DNA of 64,000 bases, taken from assembly GCF_009914755.1 (NCBI RefSeq), contig NC_060932.1. The stretch is one strand, 5' to 3'. The notes below the pieces were generated by a model. That model ran no database searches. It had not been told where the DNA came from and saw nothing but the letters and a program-made list of their open reading frames with translations. Made by a program: the position numbers and the translations under genes. Positions 62,363 through 64,000 of the stretch are shown here, one piece after another. Position 1 is the stretch's first letter. Every line of letters starts with the position of its first letter. The stretch comes from the human T2T-CHM13v2.0 reference genome, Homo sapiens.

Positions 62363-64000
62363 GTAAGGAAGGCTCCGGCGGGGGGCTGGGGGCGCGGCGG
62401 GTGGGGGCGCAGCGAGGGTGGGAGGGGGTCGGGGGAGGGGCGGGCGCCCAGACTTCCTAACTTCGCCGTTTGGGGCTTCGCAGCTCCGAGGTTTTGCGCT
62501 CAGAGCTCAGGAGTTTGGACCCCCACCCCCTACCCCCTCAGCCCCCTGCCTTCTCCAGCGGTGGCGATGGAATGTGGCAGGTCCCCGCGAGCCCGCATTG
62601 GGCAGGCTGAGGAGGGGGCGACCCTGGACGCAGGAGAGGCTCCTCGGCGCCGCCGCCTCCTCCCCATCCACACACCACAGCCTGGCACCCCTCTTCATCA
62701 CATGCACAGGGCAGGCTGGGGAGGGCGTTCCCGCTGTACCCCCAGCACACACAGACGCTGGCGGGGGTCTAAGGGAGCCCCCCATGGCCCCCAACAGCCA
62801 CACATAGACGCAGCAGGCTCCGGAGAGCCCCCGAGCGTGTCCCCCTCCTGCTAATCACGTCCAGGGCCCCCTACAGACATTGTAAGGGCCCGAGACGTCC
62901 TCCCCCCACGCACAGAGCTCGGGGCAGGCAGGAGAAAACCCCAGACTCCTTCTCGAAGCCCTCGCTCGTAGAAGCCCTCGCCTGTAGACCTGGCATTGGC
63001 AGTGGAGACTCCCTGGAGGTACTCTCCCCCACTTCGGGCGGAGGGCTATTTTTGCGCCCCCCACCCCCACGCGAACGCCTGGCTCTTCCCTCCTTGTCTA
63101 CCTTTCCACTGGGTCGGACAGGCCGCGCGGATAAGCCGCTCTCAACTTTGGGCCGGCCCTATGCCGTCTCCGCTCCAAGCGCCGAGCACTCCCGGGCGCC
63201 GAGCACTCCCGGGTCCGCGTCGCCGGTGAGCAGAGGCCGCCGGCCCTCCACCGTCGCCGCGCTAGCTTGGAGCCGCGCGGAGCTGCCTCGAGGAACGAGC
63301 ACGGCCCCCGCCCCCTCCTGGGGAGGCTGGGAGCTCTGGACCCGGCCAGGAGCCCTCTCCCTAGGTCCCCGCGGCCCCCTGGGCGAGGTAGAGAGCTCCT
63401 CCGGCCTCGGGAGGGGGCGGCGGAGCTGAGAATCACCGCGAAGCGATGCGACCGGGAGGGCTTGACGGAGGCTGCGGCTCCGAGCCCGCGTCCCTCCTCC
63501 TGGCCGCGGCGGCTCCTGCTTGGCCACTCCCCGGCAGCCTGAAGAGAACGCCTAATCTGGCACCCCAGCCCCAGGCCGCTGGGCACCTTACCCCTTTCCA
63601 CTTTTATTTTGGGCTTCTAAGTTTCTTGGAGCGCAGGCGCCTAGGCTGGGACCCGAAGAGCCCTAAGCCAGCCCTCTTTCAGCACCCGTCCCCGCCGCGA
63701 CCTCCCCGTTCTTCCTCCGGGTCTGGGGCGCAGATTCCTGGGCTGCAACTCCGGAGTAGTTGAAAGGCAGGAAGGCGTGTGGGCGGGTAGGGGGCCTGCA
63801 CTCCCGCCCCAGAGGAGCCGCTTGTCGTTTGTGTTGGGGAGGGAGCTGGGAGGTCTGCTCTCCCGCTCCATCCTGGGAACCCACGGAGACCCTCGGTACT
63901 CTCCCCACAGACACAAACACACGCCCCCTCGGAGCGAGAGCCGCCGCGGGGGAACAGCAGAGGCCGCGCGGGCGGAGGCGGGGGAAAGGGGAGCTGGGTC

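Larger units (their letters stand above)
61550..64000. promoter_or_regulatory. ADGRB1: Large CpG island spanning the promoter, exon 1 and start of intron 1
   Basis: Very high GC and CpG density continuing to the end of the window. Confidence 0.92.

Noticed and set aside
61352-62854. Other long ORFs of 170-330 aa over the second CpG island as the ADGRB1 coding start
   Set aside because: No signal-peptide-like or BAI1-like sequence, non-ATG starts, and some read through the splice donor. The coding start should lie beyond the window.

Overview
This is human (or closely related great-ape) euchromatic DNA, GC-rich and rich in Alu, L1, MIR and VNTR sequence. It is not prokaryotic. I found no supportable protein-coding exon. 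The ORF track is almost entirely noise from GC-rich or tandem-repeat DNA, many ORFs start at GTG/TTG, and only two ORFs are recognisable, both decayed L1 remnants. The window is organised by two CpG-island promoters about 47 kb apart that point away from each other. One is a minus-strand, TATA-less housekeeping-type promoter at ~14.5-14.9 kb with a short non-coding first exon and a >14 kb first intron running off the left edge. The other is a plus-strand promoter with a TATA box at ~61.7 kb and a GC-rich first exon ending at a strong GT donor at 62362/62363. From recalled genome organisation this best matches the TSNARE1 (-) / ADGRB1 (BAI1, +) interval on 8q24.3. That assignment is an inference, because no coding exon is present to prove it. 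The interval contains several large tandem repeats: a 31-bp VNTR grown inside a Tigger3 transposon, a ~28-bp VNTR grown inside an MLT1 LTR, a 41-bp VNTR just upstream of the second promoter, and a 2-kb CAC/CAT tract. It also contains several short AT-rich motif clusters that look like neural enhancers. I see no evidence of a new biological system. The findings below are regulatory and repeat-evolution hypotheses.
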